Shown piece after piece: positions 1-12,334 of a DNA stretch of 64,000 nt (position 1 is its first letter; each line of letters starts with the position of its first letter). The position numbers and the translations under genes are program-made. The notes under the pieces are model-generated. The model worked only from the letters and a program-made list of their open reading frames with translations. It did not search any database and was not told where the DNA came from. Source of the stretch: Candidatus Bathyarchaeia archaeon (lineage in GTDB: Archaea > Thermoproteota > Bathyarchaeia > Bathyarchaeales > Bathycorpusculaceae). The DNA is taken from NCBI GenBank assembly GCA_049516875.1, contig JBEKSS010000014.1:1-64000 (forward strand). The letters are read 5' to 3'.

Positions 1-886
1 TGTCAAGGTCCTCGACTAGGCTTAGACGTTCTAGTTTTCTAAGTATCGTGGCTGGCACCTTATCATGCGGCACACCCTCCAAGAGCAAAGCAGTTTCCTC
101 CTCGGAGAACTCCTCTTCCTCTCCAAACCACCCTATGAAATCCTTGTTCAGTGGACAGACTCTCTGGCAATGCATACATCCAACCACGCAGTTATGCCAA
201 GAAGCAGCCATCCAGTCTGGAAATGGAACGTCGCCCTTTTTCTCATTATGAAAAACAATGCATCGCTCACCCCGCAAAAGAAAACGATCTGATGAAATCG
301 CACCAGTAGGACAAGCTCGACGACAAAGCTCACATCCCTCACAGCTCTCCATCATCACAGGTTCCCGCCAACCATCTTCCTCGCAACGCAAGTCAGAGTA
401 AACGGCAACAAGCTGAAGAAAGCTCCCAATACCAGAAACGTAGCAGATGTTATTCCTCCCGTACTGACCCAGACCACTTCGAACAGCTAACTGCTTAAGA
501 GGCAGCATAGTTCTCGCGAATGAGAACCCTTTTCTGCCAAGAATCTCAGCTATAACGTTCTCAAACTGCTCTTGTACAACGTCATATGAAGTGTAAGTAG
601 GCGGAACAATGAGAGCCCGTCGATCCCCATTCAGCGTGAAAATCGCTCGGGTCTGAGGTCTAGGTATGGCGGCAACAATCACAGACTGTCCTCTTGGCAA
701 GCTCTCAGGAGCCTGAAAACGAAACCAAGCCAGACGTTCTTGAAAGAAAGCATCGTCAAACAAGCCTTTCTTGCGCAAACCATCAAGCTGTTTGTGCAGC
801 AAAGCCACGCGATCAATGGAAACCAGTCGTGCTTGATAACCACGTCCCCTCAAATCAGCAAGCAGTTCGCCAATAGACTTGTCCAT
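1..886 (-). CDS. 4Fe-4S double-cluster protein, epoxyqueuosine reductase (QueG)-like; 3' end outside window
   Basis: Hand-translated, absent from ORF track: MDKSIGELL...LPLKQLAVRSGLGQYGRNN...CEGCELCRRACP...CVVGCMHCQRVCP; frame open to base 1. Confidence 0.85.
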   Translation of the reverse strand, partial: MDKSIGELLADLRGRGYQARLVSIDRVALLHKQLDGLRKKGLFDDAFFQERLAWFRFQAPESLPRGQSVIVAAIPRPQTRAIFTLNGDRRALIVPPTYTSYDVVQEQFENVIAEILGRKGFSFARTMLPLKQLAVRSGLGQYGRNNICYVSGIGSFLQLVAVYSDLRCEEDGWREPVMMESCEGCELCRRACPTGAISSDRFLLRGERCIVFHNEKKGDVPFPDWMAASWHNCVVGCMHCQRVCPLNKDFIGWFGEEEEFSEEETALLLEGVPHDKVPATILRKLERLSLVEDLD

Positions 887-935
887 ACCAATGACAACGT
901 GTCTGGAAAAATAAGGATAATGGTCTGAATTCTTG

Positions 936-966
936 TTTTGGTTTGGTTTGGGGTAAAGTTTTATCC
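936..966. repeat. Island palindrome family GGATAAAACTTTACCCC, copy 1 (reverse orientation)
   Basis: ttttggtttggtttGGGGTAAAGTTTTATCC. Confidence 0.85.
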
Positions 967-1108
967 TTAGATAATAAGCGCGCGCGTAGTAAGAAGCTTT
1001 GGAAAAAAAGAATGGGATGGAACCAACCTTAGAAAAGCTGATATATTGCTTTTTACAATCTAGCGATGCAAGCATGCATACAACTAATCTATCGAGGGGT
1101 TCTGCTAG

Positions 1109-2044
1109 GTGAGTGAACTGAATTTGCGAGAAGCAGATAGACTGGAAGTTACAGTCTTGGTAGACAATTACACTGATTTCCTCTTACTTCAGAACACAGA
1201 CGTCGTCAAGCGACCAAGGACTCTTCCTCCGAATCTACCTTTAGCAGAACATGGATTATCGTATCTTCTCAAAGTTTGCTCTGGCTCAGAGGAACACGTA
1301 GTACTAATGGATGCGGGTGTGTCAACGGCCTGTCTCTTTCACAACGCAGATATTTTAAATGTAGACTTGAGCAAAGTTGAGTCGGTGGTTCTAAGCCATG
1401 GTCATTTCGACCATTTTGGAGCTTTAGTAGAATTTCTGAACCGCGCCACAAAAAGAATGCCCCTAATTCTCCATCCGGACGCTTTTCTTGAGCGCCGCGG
1501 AAATGCCCCCGGTATCGGGATAATAGATATGCCTAAGTTAGATGAAGTAGCCCTAAAGGAAACCGAGGTGGCGCTTCATAAAGTTAAAGAGGCTTCTACG
1601 TTGGCCTCAGATCTTATCCTTGTTTCAGGAGAGGTGCAACGAGTAACGGGTTTTGAGATAGGTTTTCCTTGGGCTGAAGCGAAAATCGATGATAAATGGG
1701 TTGTGGATCCTTTTCATGATGACCAAGGGGTAGCAGTCAAGGTGAAGGGTAGAGGGCTGATAGTTATCGGTGGATGTTCCCATTCTGGCATCATCAACAC
1801 GGTTAAACACGTCCAAAAGGTTGCACGAACGAGCAAGGTTCACGCAGTTCTGGGCGGGTTTCACCTCACCGGGGGGATTTTTGAGCCAATCATCGGACCA
1901 ACCATTGAGGAGATGAAGAAGATAGGACCAGATTTTGTAGTGCCCATGCATTGCACCGGGTGGAAAGCCATCAATCAATTTGCCGAGGTGATGCCTGAGC
2001 AGTTCCTCCTCAACTCAGTGGGGACAACATATATCTTCCAATAA
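1109..2044 (+). CDS. MBL-fold metallo-hydrolase (MJ0301-like family)
   Basis: SHGHFDH, AEHGLS, GCSHSG, GGFHL, PMHCTG motifs. Confidence 0.9.
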   Translation: MSELNLREADRLEVTVLVDNYTDFLLLQNTDVVKRPRTLPPNLPLAEHGLSYLLKVCSGSEEHVVLMDAGVSTACLFHNADILNVDLSKVESVVLSHGHFDHFGALVEFLNRATKRMPLILHPDAFLERRGNAPGIGIIDMPKLDEVALKETEVALHKVKEASTLASDLILVSGEVQRVTGFEIGFPWAEAKIDDKWVVDPFHDDQGVAVKVKGRGLIVIGGCSHSGIINTVKHVQKVARTSKVHAVLGGFHLTGGIFEPIIGPTIEEMKKIGPDFVVPMHCTGWKAINQFAEVMPEQFLLNSVGTTYIFQ

Positions 2045-2096
2045 TCACGAGTGCCGCGCGCGCGAAAAAAATCAATATTGCGGTGAGATACCACGT

Positions 2097-2552
2097 TTGT
2101 CGCTATGGAAGTGGTCACAGATGAAGGGTAATCCTCTATTGGGAGCATGGAGGCTGAAATCGCTTGAAACAAGGGCATCTGACGGATCTGTCTCCTATCC
2201 GTGGGGGAAAGAAGTTCTTGGTTACGTCATCTTCAGTCCAGAAGGCTACTTTTGCGTCGCAATAATGAACGCCAATCGCAAGAAATTCTCCTCACAAGAC
2301 ATGAAGGGAGGCACCGTGGAAGAAAGAGCGAACGCGGCAGATTCATACCTATCGTACTGTGGACCTTATGAAATCGAGAGAGACAAGTTTCGAGTGAAAG
2401 TGGAAGTCAGCCTGTTCCCAAATTGGATAAGCGGAATTCAGGAGCGCAACTTCAAGATCAAGGGAAAAACGCTGTCCGTATTGACCGCCCCAACTCTTGT
2501 GAACGGAAAAGAACAGGTAGGCTACTTGATTTTCGAAGGTGTCGGAAACTGA
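2097..2552 (+). CDS. Lipocalin-like domain protein (start possibly 2121)
   Basis: LLGAWRLKS, YLSYCGPY, SLFPNW.G..Q.R pattern. Confidence 0.75.
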   Translation: MSLWKWSQMKGNPLLGAWRLKSLETRASDGSVSYPWGKEVLGYVIFSPEGYFCVAIMNANRKKFSSQDMKGGTVEERANAADSYLSYCGPYEIERDKFRVKVEVSLFPNWISGIQERNFKIKGKTLSVLTAPTLVNGKEQVGYLIFEGVGN

Positions 2553-2679
2553 TCCGAAAGCCCCTAGCGCGTACGTTCAGTCAACTCTTCGGCGCTTGAG
2601 TGAGGTCTGTTAACTGTCGGCACTTTGTCATGGTTATTGAATGGGTATGATAAAGAAAAAGGAGGGGTATCGCTTTGGC

Positions 2680-3000
2680 TTATTTCAGTAGTTTCATGCT
2701 TTCTTCAAGAGTCATTACTGGTCTGGTTTCAGTCGTGTGGTAGCTTGACCAAGCCATGACTTCTGGTTCCATCGAGAATTTTAGCATAGCTTCCATGCTT
2801 GGCGCATCGTAAACCACCACGAAGAAGTGGTCTGGCGACGAATGCCAACCTCCGACCACCTTGATCCCGTGTTTCTTTACAAGCTGATCCATTCTTGCCA
2901 TGAGGTCCACGCTTGCTTTTTTGACTTTCTCATTATGCATCGGACAGCTTTCAGGTGCATGCCTCGAGGTCTGCAGAATTAACATATTGGAACTCTCCAA
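2680..3000 (-). CDS. GYD/DUF3303-like small protein
   Basis: HAPESCP...H..VVVYDAPS.E pattern, 106 aa. Confidence 0.6.
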   Translation of the reverse strand: MESSNMLILQTSRHAPESCPMHNEKVKKASVDLMARMDQLVKKHGIKVVGGWHSSPDHFFVVVYDAPSMEAMLKFSMEPEVMAWSSYHTTETRPVMTLEESMKLLK

Positions 3001-3340
3001 AAGCTATTCCAGAAGTGTCAGATATAAAACTTTCACGAAGACTCTGCACTTAGCTCGCGCCGAGAAGAGCGAAAGTCGATGTGTCTATCATAGCTTGTGC
3101 CTTTTGATGTTTGATATATAAAGCTTGACCCACGCACTAATTCAAAGCCTGTGAGCGCACGTAGGCTATCCAAGAACTCCGGGGCCCTAGCGGGCGTTCG
3201 GCTGTTTGTGACGTATCATCTGGAACGCCCGAGTGAGCCGAACGGCTCACGAGCTTCCTTGTTTTTTCTTTGTTTTGGAAAAAAAGGAGCTATTTGCACG
3301 CACAACATACGGGGTTAAACATACTAAGACAAACGCATTT

Positions 3341-3791
3341 TTATGGCAGTCCTTTCTTGAGGAAATGTTTTCTGTGCCCTTCTGGATAATTGTCAAGCGT
3401 TGCAAACAGTGTGTAGCCGTGTTTCTCATAGAACGGTCTTGCTTGAAAGCTAAAAGTGTCTAGGTCGACATATTTACATCCACACTTAACTGCTTCGTTT
3501 TCGATCATTTTGAGAAGTTTAGTGTCATTGCCCTTATTCCTGAATGATTCTTCGACCCATAGAAAATCGATATGCAACCAACCTGCGTAGACATAGCCTA
3601 TTACTCCTCCGACAACCTGGTTTTTTCCGTCCCGCATGAATATTGGGATTGCTTTTGGCGGTTCCATATTGCTGGTTTTGTTCTTGTTAAATCTTACGAG
3701 ACCCTCTCGAACTGCTCAAGTAGCCGTCTTCTGCAGATTTTGAATCATCAGGCATCTTGCATATTTGGAATGACAAGCTATCCTCGTTCAC
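3341..3791 (-). pseudogene. GNAT acetyltransferase, frameshifted near N-terminus
   Basis: LWVEESFR..G, LDTFSFQARPFYEKHGY; N-terminal part (MNEDSLSF...EDGYL) is out of frame with AVREGLVRFN near 3720. Confidence 0.7.
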
Positions 3792-3845
3792 GAATTCCAC
3801 TCTCTCGATGTTAACGCCAATCAACCCTTAAGATTGACGTGTGGC

Positions 3846-4806
3846 TTATTTGCGTTTTTTGAATAGTTGTATTCCTTCGATTGTTGTTATGTATTGGAAT
3901 CCTGCTTCGATTAGTTGTGTTGCTTCTTTGGCTGTTGTTGCTCCTGAGCATGTCCACTCGTCTTCGTTTAGGTTTAGTAGATGCATGTATTTCTGCGTGG
4001 TTTCAAGTTTCTTGTGTCCCATTTGTACCACTACGAAGTATGGGTCTTTTGTGTCGTTGAGTTGTTTGGAGCAGAAATAGTGCCTAAAGTCGTATAGTCT
4101 GATGGTGTGGATTGATGGGTCTTTGAGATCTTTGACGAGTTTGTTTCGCATGGCTCGATAATATTTTCCGTAATCTTCAGGGTCTCCCTTGAATAATTTG
4201 TCGTTCAGATTCAGATTGTTTTTGATTATCCATTCTTTGATGGATGCTGTGAGTTGTTGCGATATTTTTAGCGTTCTCGGATTGCCTTTTTTGGCGGTTA
4301 TCGGGTTTTACAGCTCTGTGTTCTAAGTCAATGTCGTTTACTTTTAGTCTGCATAGTTCTATTGGTCTTAGTCCAGTTTCCATGCTTAGGTTTAGCTTAA
4401 TTGATGTTGGTATCCTTGTTTTGGCTATTAGCATGAGCAGTTTCTCTTTTGTCGGTAGCTTGATGTTTTTTGCTTCTGGAAGATACAGGGGCATAGTCCA
4501 TTCTATGTTGTAGAATTTGCAGTATTTGTTGTAAGCTATGCAAAGATTTCTCTTGTAGCCATTTGATGTTTTGATTTGGGCTATAAAGTGCTTCGCGGCT
4601 TCGGGTTCGCTCAGGCTTGTGTGTTTAGCTAAGAAGTTTAGTGCTTTTCTCGTGAAGTTAATTGTGTAGTCGCTTTTGTTGTCGTTCTTCATTTGAATGA
4701 GAACGTTAAGCGTCGGTGCATTGTTTGGGATTACGTGCTGGTTGATTGATGGTGTGGTTATGGCTAAACGTTCAGCGTTGTCTCTGCGTTGCATTTTAGG
4801 CTTCAC
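3846..4806 (-). pseudogene. Tyrosine integrase A, catalytic part, frameshifted
   Basis: ETGLRPIE in ORF 4177-4806; LYDFRH, MGHK, TQKY in ORF 3846-4151; removing one A in GTAAAACCC (~4307) joins them. Confidence 0.9.
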
Positions 4807-4809
4807 TTC

Positions 4810-5010
4810 TCAGAAGCGTGCGCTTGATGTGGTTCGGTTCCGTTGAAGGGTGATGTACGGGAATTGAAGGCTGGCGTGTTGGTCGTAACCCGCCTTTTGT
4901 GAGACATGGCTTGTACGCTTAAGACCGTAAGTAGCGCGGGCTAGTTTCTCCACCACACTTTGTAGCTCTTCAGCAATCCCCATCGTCTGAGTCTTCGACT
5001 GTACCCGCAT
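4810..5010 (-). CDS. Integrase N-terminal fragment int(N)-A containing att-encoded QKAGYDQHASL
   Basis: Same frame as ORF starting 4806, separated by one TGA at 4810-4812. Confidence 0.65.
   Translation of the reverse strand: MRVQSKTQTMGIAEELQSVVEKLARATYGLKRTSHVSQKAGYDQHASLQFPYITLQRNRTTSSARF
4867..4900 (-). repeat. att copy A: 34-bp exact duplicate of the rnpB 3' end
   Basis: aaggctggcgtgttggtcgtaacccgccttttgt, identical to 34813-34846. Confidence 0.95.
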
Positions 5011-5065
5011 AAAAGTCTATTCTAATAGGATTTGTTAACGCGCTAACCGGTCTAGACGAGGGCCA

Positions 5066-5659
5066 GTGGGCGCTATGACAAGTCTTATTAATCTATTTTC
5101 ACCTATTAAATCTAAACTGGTGAACAGATTGAATTCAATCCAAAGTGTGGGAAGATACAAGAAAGACGAGATTGTGAAAAAGGAAATGTACAAGCTTCTT
5201 AGAGCAAACCCAGAGGGAATTGGCTCAGAGGAATTTGTTGAGAAAACCAGGGCGACAACTAAGGTTAGTCGTGGAAAGATTTTTTCTATGATAAAGAAAT
5301 ATGAACAACTTGGCATTATGAAGACGGAAAGAAACCTTGAGGACAAACGTCATGCGACTTATTTTCCAGATTTGCAGAAAGTGAAGACTGAACAAAGATT
5401 CTTGGAAGACGTGGAATTCATTCAAGCTCTACTGTCAGAGCCTAAAACAGAATTTGCAGAATCTGAAACAAGATCGTCTGGAATCCGTGTTAGTGTGGGC
5501 ATCTTTACGAATTGGGGTGAAAAGCCATCGCAGAGCCTAGAGGATCAAGTAAAAAGCATAGCCAAGCAATTTTCCTCTAACTATGATAAGCTGTTAGGTA
5601 AAGATATGAAGGTAAGGCCATCTACAAAACTCGCCTTCATAATAACGATGGAATCATAA
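5066..5659 (+). CDS. Winged-helix DNA-binding protein, divergent from integrase A
   Basis: VSRGKIFSMIKKYEQLGIMKTERNLEDKRHATYF resembles a MarR-type wing. Confidence 0.65.
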   Translation: MGAMTSLINLFSPIKSKLVNRLNSIQSVGRYKKDEIVKKEMYKLLRANPEGIGSEEFVEKTRATTKVSRGKIFSMIKKYEQLGIMKTERNLEDKRHATYFPDLQKVKTEQRFLEDVEFIQALLSEPKTEFAESETRSSGIRVSVGIFTNWGEKPSQSLEDQVKSIAKQFSSNYDKLLGKDMKVRPSTKLAFIITMES

Positions 5660-5732
5660 CGAGGATGTTAAGCCATAAATGAACAAGACAAAGTATACAC
5701 GTGCACTTCCGTATCTAGTAGCACGCGCGCTG

Positions 5733-5770
5733 TTGGTTGGTTGGATAAAACTTTACCCCCAAACCCAAAC
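5733..5770. repeat. Island palindrome family, copy 2
   Basis: ttggttggttGGATAAAACTTTACCCCcaaacccaaac. Confidence 0.85.
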
Positions 5771-5929
5771 CTGCAAATTCGTGACTTAGGCTTCTTCAAC
5801 CTACTGTGCTTGGTTCCTGGCTCGTTGAATGTTTTTCAGATTCTTTTTTTCGGGATGTCTCGTTTGAAGGCAGGAGATAGCTGATAATGACAACTGCAGT
5901 TCCAAGAGCCAGCATAGGCGCTCGCGCTT

Positions 5930-6422
5930 CTAGTTTGCCGAGCGAACGTGCCTCCTTTGCGGCGTCGAAAAACTCTGTTCCGCAGTCAGGACACGATTCG
6001 CTGTACCAGTATACCTTCCTGCCACACTTACTGCATTTTCAGCGGCGTTCCTGCTGGTTCAGCCACTCTTGGACGCCATTGCGTTTGAGTGATTGAAGGT
6101 TGGCTGGGCAAAGGGTTAGATGGGGGAGGTTATCCGCTTTCGAACGTTTCTCTGCCAACTCAACAATCATGCTACATGGCATATCTTTGCATTCAAAGCA
6201 AGAAGTGAGGGCTTTCTGTTTTGCGCAATCTCTGAACTGGCACTGCACACACGTGGGCGACACGTCTCCAGAAACGCATTCTTCGCACCGAATCTGCTCC
6301 TTAGAAAGGCCATTCTCCTCCAGATAACGGATAAGCTTCTGGTCGTTGTCCTGGAATGCACGATATATCAGACATGCACCGCAGTAAATGCCGCATACGT
6401 CCACTAGGTTCACATCGAACAC
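5930..6422 (-). pseudogene. DUF3795-like Cys-rich protein with premature stop
   Basis: CGIYCGAC...C..C; TGA at 6039-6041 where Trp is expected, followed in frame by KCSKCG...CPDCG. Confidence 0.7.
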
Positions 6423-6504
6423 AAGACTACCTCCATAGACTCACGAACGGCATTCCATTTAACCTTTGATCCTCAACGTGGTAAAGTGTGCGTATCCGTC
6501 TTTT

Positions 6505-6535
6505 TTGGTTGGGTTTGGATAAAACTTCGCCCCAA
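6505..6535. repeat. Island palindrome family, copy 3 (variant)
   Basis: ttggttgggtttGGATAAAACTTCGCCCCaa. Confidence 0.75.
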
Positions 6536-6649
6536 CTGGTTTGGTAGTGGAGAATTTCTTTAATGACATTGATACTTCGAACTCGATAGATGGGAAACTT
6601 GTGGAGAGCTGCAGATTATTGTTCTTACTGATGCTGACGAGTAACTGTC

Positions 6650-6787
6650 TTATCGCGCGCGCTCTCTGGACTGTTGTCTTTCAAGTCTGGCAAGCTTTTT
6701 ATCCTTACGCTGCTTTTTTCTTTCCTTCTTCTTCTGAGGTTGAGGCCGTGTTCGATCTTGTACTGATGTTTCTCCTTTCTTCTTCAT
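6650..6787 (-). CDS. Small basic protein (45 aa), KKLARLERQQ family
   Basis: MKKKGETSVQDRTRPQPQKKKERKKQRKDKKLARLERQQSRERAR; paralog at 15923-16048. Confidence 0.55.
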   Translation of the reverse strand: MKKKGETSVQDRTRPQPQKKKERKKQRKDKKLARLERQQSRERAR

Positions 6788-7254
6788 GTAACCACCTACT
6801 TCTCACAAAAGAAAAAGACTCGTCCCCTTTCTTCATGAACTATTCTTTTCTTCTCGTACATGGCTTGTCCATTCTCCGCAAGCGCGTAGCGCGTTATTTC
6901 TTACCTTTGTTATATTCCGCAGGGAGTTCAATGTTCCGTTTCTCTTTCCTCTTCAGTTCCTTATCCCTCTGCAATTCCATGTGCTGTTTATGATCTATAG
7001 CTTTCTGTTTCTTACCTTTGGGCACAATTCATCCTCCTCAGCAAGTTAGATTTTGTTCTTACGTCTATAAAAAATATGCGTGCCTTATGCCTCAATTGCT
7101 TTCTACTCTTGGAATGCCCGATGGTCTCGTCAGAATTCTTCCTCTGAAAGCTTTTTGGGAGCGCTGCGAGTCTGCGGAGGCTTATCTTATTAGCGCGCGC
7201 ATTCGATTTACCCAAAACAATAAATGTCCTACCTGATTACGCTTTGAGCGAGGT

Positions 7255-7599
7255 TTGCTTACGAAGCCCACATGGAATCAGAAGGAAGTGCTTCCAATGG
7301 TGAGGGATACCATCTACGCTTTGTGCAAGAAGAAGGGCGATTGGGTCACTAAACAGGAAACGGTGACTGCTCTTCTTGAAGATCCGCGGATTTCGAAATC
7401 TGCAGACGAGGCGTACAGGCTGCAGAAGACGGACAAGACACATATTTTGGGAAATATGGTGAACTGGCTGGATTTCTGGGTTACTAGGCTCGAGGAAAAA
7501 GAGCAGACGCCAGATTGGGCTCGTGAACTGGCTACAGAGATTCTGGACAAGTTTGAACGGAAGAAAATTGACAAGAAATGGGCTTACAAGTTGCGCTAG
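7255..7599 (+). CDS. Hypothetical protein
   Basis: 114-aa ORF with protein-like composition, bounded by GCGC tracts. Confidence 0.55.
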   Translation: MLTKPTWNQKEVLPMVRDTIYALCKKKGDWVTKQETVTALLEDPRISKSADEAYRLQKTDKTHILGNMVNWLDFWVTRLEEKEQTPDWARELATEILDKFERKKIDKKWAYKLR

Positions 7600-7649
7600 A
7601 GCATGGAGCGCGCCTGTTCTTTCTCCTTGCTGTTGCGCGCGCTACGTCT

Positions 7650-7680
7650 GGTTTGGGTTTGGGATAAAACTTTACCCCCA
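7650..7680. repeat. Island palindrome family, copy 4
   Basis: ggtttgggtttgGGATAAAACTTTACCCCca; related variant at 7866-7900. Confidence 0.85.
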
Positions 7681-8063
7681 AGAGAGTTTGTAGGTTTAAA
7701 AGCCAATGTTCGCATCGAATTTCCAAATCCTCCGATAATAGAAAAAAGGCGACGGCGTGGCAGGAAACGCTTCAACTACTTCCAAATCGATTAGCGCTCA
7801 TATTATTTTTCTTTAAAACACTCAAAAAACAGCGGTAACTTCTATCAATCTTCTAAGCCAGTTTTTGGTTTTGCGGAAAAGTTATATCCCAAACCCAAAC
7901 CTTGACATTTTCTCCAGGTTGCCCACGATCTTGCTATTCTCAGAGATTATCATCGGCTGATGCATGTGCAGCCAGGGTAGATACACTGCCTTCATAACTA
8001 AGCCCAGCTAAGTTCGGAATCCAAAACATAATGTTTCAGGAACTCAAGCATGGGAAACAATAA

Positions 8064-9410
<1,347 letters not shown>

Positions 9411-9671
9411 ATAGCCATGTTTGTCCTACCTCCCACTTGTTTTTTTTCATCTATTGTGATGTGGCTTTGTAATGTTGCAATGTAAGTCTTCGATTTTGTA
9501 GAACAGTCGCGCGCGCTTAGAACAGGTTTACAGACGGATACTAGTGAATAGAACTTCCTGAGCCAAGTTTTTCTGTTCTACGCTTTCGATATATTACTCA
9601 TGAGCCAGCTTCTGATCTTGGGGAAAAGCTATAGCTGAACCGATAGTAATTGGCTTGAATGGTGACTTGGT

Positions 9672-10316
9672 TTGCTTGAAGGGAAGAATGTGAATTTGAG
9701 AATTGTAGAGAAAGAGGATTTGCCACTAATTGTAGAATGGTTTAACAAACCTGAGATCTTCGGCGAATACAACCCTCTGATACAGATGTCCAGAACAGAA
9801 ATAGAGAAAGATTATGGGGAAAAGAAACTTGAACAAACCGAATTTTTCATTGAAGGGAAAGATGGAAGCAGAATTGGTTACATATGGCATTTCAACGTAA
9901 TGCATCCTGCAGGAAAGATATTAGAAATAGGTTATTTCTTGGTTCCGAGTGAGAGAGGCAAGGGCTACTGCACTGAAGCTACACAGTTAATGGTGGACTA
10001 CCTGTTTCTTTCAAAGAACATAGAGCGTATTCAAGCCCAGACTGATGTGAGAAATGTGGGTTCACAGAAGGTTCTGGAAAAAGCAGGTTTCAGGAAAGAA
10101 GGAATAATTCGCAAAGTCTTTTTCCTCAGAGGACAACTCAGAGATGCTTGTTTGTACAGGATCCTCAGAGAAGAATGGAAAGAACCAAGCGCGCGCACGC
10201 GCACTATTTGGTTTTGTGGAATCGGTGGTCTTCAATGTACAAGTCCACTTTTCCAGAAGCTTCTACGACGAACTCTGCCGCTATGCGAACACCAGCATAA
10301 GGTATGTAGAATTTAA
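9672..10316 (+). CDS. RimJ/RimL-type GNAT; natural C-terminus replaced at a GCGC junction (~10190)
   Basis: ERGKGYCTEA, N.GSQKVLEKAGF..EG; after LREEWKEP the frame runs antisense into the neighbouring gene. Confidence 0.85.
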   Translation: MLEGKNVNLRIVEKEDLPLIVEWFNKPEIFGEYNPLIQMSRTEIEKDYGEKKLEQTEFFIEGKDGSRIGYIWHFNVMHPAGKILEIGYFLVPSERGKGYCTEATQLMVDYLFLSKNIERIQAQTDVRNVGSQKVLEKAGFRKEGIIRKVFFLRGQLRDACLYRILREEWKEPSARTRTIWFCGIGGLQCTSPLFQKLLRRTLPLCEHQHKVCRI

Positions 10317-11616
10317 GGTTTTCAAGTTTGTCGCTTTCGGGAATCAGCGCTAAACTGAACTCAGCTCCCTTCTCGTTAGATTCTATGAACAGCAACCCTC
10401 CTTTTCTTGCCACCGAAGTCTTCACGATCCCCTTGTAGCCTGCATACTCGCCCGCAAGCATGGCCATTTTCTTTTCAATCTCAAAAACCGGAATCTCCTT
10501 GAACGGATCTTTACCCATGAGAAGAGTCAAGGCCACGGACGGAACTAGCCCCACCAACTCGCGACCGCCAACATTGCACGCATACACGACCCCCACGTTC
10601 AAATCTGTCAAGAACGACAGATTGGCGCTCGACGCTCGAGTAGAACCGTCGTGACCAATAAGCACGTGTCCAAAGAAATCATCGTTCATGGTCCAACCGT
10701 AACCGTACCATAGTTTCCCGAAGTGTGTGGGGATAATACTAGCCCAGTTTGTCTGTATGTGCGGTTTGTGCATTTCTTGCATCAATCCTGAATCTAGAAG
10801 TTTAGCGTCCCCAAAGATTCCGTAGTTCATGTTTGTAACTAGATAAGTTGTCAACTCCATGACCGAACTCATCAATCCTCCGTCTGCATAGGATAATCTG
10901 CTAACTGGGTGTATAGTCGGCGTCGCAACGAGAGTTCCATCCTTCTTTTCCACAAAATAGGGGGTCATAACGTCCTGATCCTTCTCAAACTCCTCCTTCA
11001 AGAATGTGGACCTATTCATCTTCAAGGGTTTCAGTATCTTATCTCTAACATAAGACTCGTAACGCATCTGACTTACCCTTTCAATGATCATTCCTAGAAG
11101 CTCATATCCCTCATTGAGATAGAAGAACCTGATTCCTGGCTCGGCTGCCACCTCGTCCTTCGCACCGTTAACATGCAGCAATAGGTCCTCAAAGCTGCTG
11201 AACGGAACCCATTTCTCACGAAGCTCCATGAGCCTAGAAATTTCAATATCTGCCCCGCTCAAGTCTGGAATACCTGAAGAATGGGTCAACAAATTATGAA
11301 TGGTAATCGGGTTCTCCTCCTTCCCAACTTTGAACTCGGGCAAATGCTTCTTAACGGGGTCTTTCAGGCTCAGCTTTCCCTGCTGCACGAGTTGCATTAT
11401 GGCCAATGCCGTAAAGGACTTGGTGCATGAACCCACTCCATAAAGCGTGTCAGGAGTAGCCGGAGCGTTGTCCTTCAACCGCCTAGCCCCAAAACCCCTT
11501 GCATAGATAACATGGCCATCCTTCACCACTGCCAGGCTTAAGCCAAGCACATGATCTCGCTGCATTGCCTCTGCAACAAAACCCTCAAGTTTTTCCGCAA
11601 ACTCGCCAGAGGACAT
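10204..11616 (-). CDS. Serine hydrolase, beta-lactamase/Pab87-like peptidase family
   Basis: SCTK (SxxK), YLN (YxN), HDG, LLTHSSG. Confidence 0.9.
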   Translation of the reverse strand: MSSGEFAEKLEGFVAEAMQRDHVLGLSLAVVKDGHVIYARGFGARRLKDNAPATPDTLYGVGSCTKSFTALAIMQLVQQGKLSLKDPVKKHLPEFKVGKEENPITIHNLLTHSSGIPDLSGADIEISRLMELREKWVPFSSFEDLLLHVNGAKDEVAAEPGIRFFYLNEGYELLGMIIERVSQMRYESYVRDKILKPLKMNRSTFLKEEFEKDQDVMTPYFVEKKDGTLVATPTIHPVSRLSYADGGLMSSVMELTTYLVTNMNYGIFGDAKLLDSGLMQEMHKPHIQTNWASIIPTHFGKLWYGYGWTMNDDFFGHVLIGHDGSTRASSANLSFLTDLNVGVVYACNVGGRELVGLVPSVALTLLMGKDPFKEIPVFEIEKKMAMLAGEYAGYKGIVKTSVARKGGLLFIESNEKGAEFSLALIPESDKLENLKFYIPYAGVRIAAEFVVEASGKVDLYIEDHRFHKTK

Positions 11617-11836
11617 GACAATCGCACCGTCTAACCCGAAATGAACTCAATGTGCGGATAAATCTTGCGGGAACTAGCAGCGCCCGCTTGTTGACTTAGC
11701 TCTCTTTTTTCTGAAACTGATTTAGCTCTCAATTTTCTTCATAAGGCCGCGAAAAGGCAGCCTTTTTGGTTTTGCGGAAAAGTCTTTTTTTGACCGTTTG
11801 ATTTTACCGTTTTTCAGTTCTACGCTTCCGCACTTC

Positions 11837-12334
11837 TCAATTCTGTTTAGGCTTATCCTTTCCAACAATGGGTGCGAGCGGCATGACATACATGTATAAT
11901 AGTGCATTGACCACGACTACGATTGCCAAAACCCAATACATTTCTAGGAACACTAGAAAGACACATATCCATGATGTCTGTAATCCGCAACCAGCTATAA
12001 ACAGACGCTCTGCTCGCTCCACCAAAATTTGACGAGGATTTGCCGCAGGCTTCCCTGTTCTCTTATCTTTCACCCTACTTAGTGTGTGAGCAGGTTGAGA
12101 AGCAATAGTGCAAAACGTGGAACTGAAACCGAACAAGACTGCACCCATAACAGAAAGAAGAATGGTCAATTCAAGAAGAAAACTCGTTTGGACTCTAAAA
12201 GCTGTGAATAGTGTCGTTTCCAGCACAAATTCTGTAATTGCAAAACCCGCCCAAACTAAAGCATTGTTGCTCCACCCGCATGCTATCTCTCGATATTCCT
12301 CTTCCCTCTTTTCTATCTCAGACGCACAAACCAC
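11837..12334 (-). CDS. Hypothetical membrane protein
   Basis: About four hydrophobic segments. Confidence 0.55.
   Translation of the reverse strand: MVCASEIEKREEEYREIACGWSNNALVWAGFAITEFVLETTLFTAFRVQTSFLLELTILLSVMGAVLFGFSSTFCTIASQPAHTLSRVKDKRTGKPAANPRQILVERAERLFIAGCGLQTSWICVFLVFLEMYWVLAIVVVVNALLYMYVMPLAPIVGKDKPKQN

Noticed and set aside
4810-6041. TGA recoding suggested by in-frame TGA at 4810 and 6039
   Set aside because: Several intact genes here end in TGA (AOR, pelota, glutaredoxin), so nonsense mutation is simpler.
6541-6993. 150-aa hydrophobic ORF
   Set aside because: Antisense shadow of purine-rich small ORFs; it crosses GCGC junctions.
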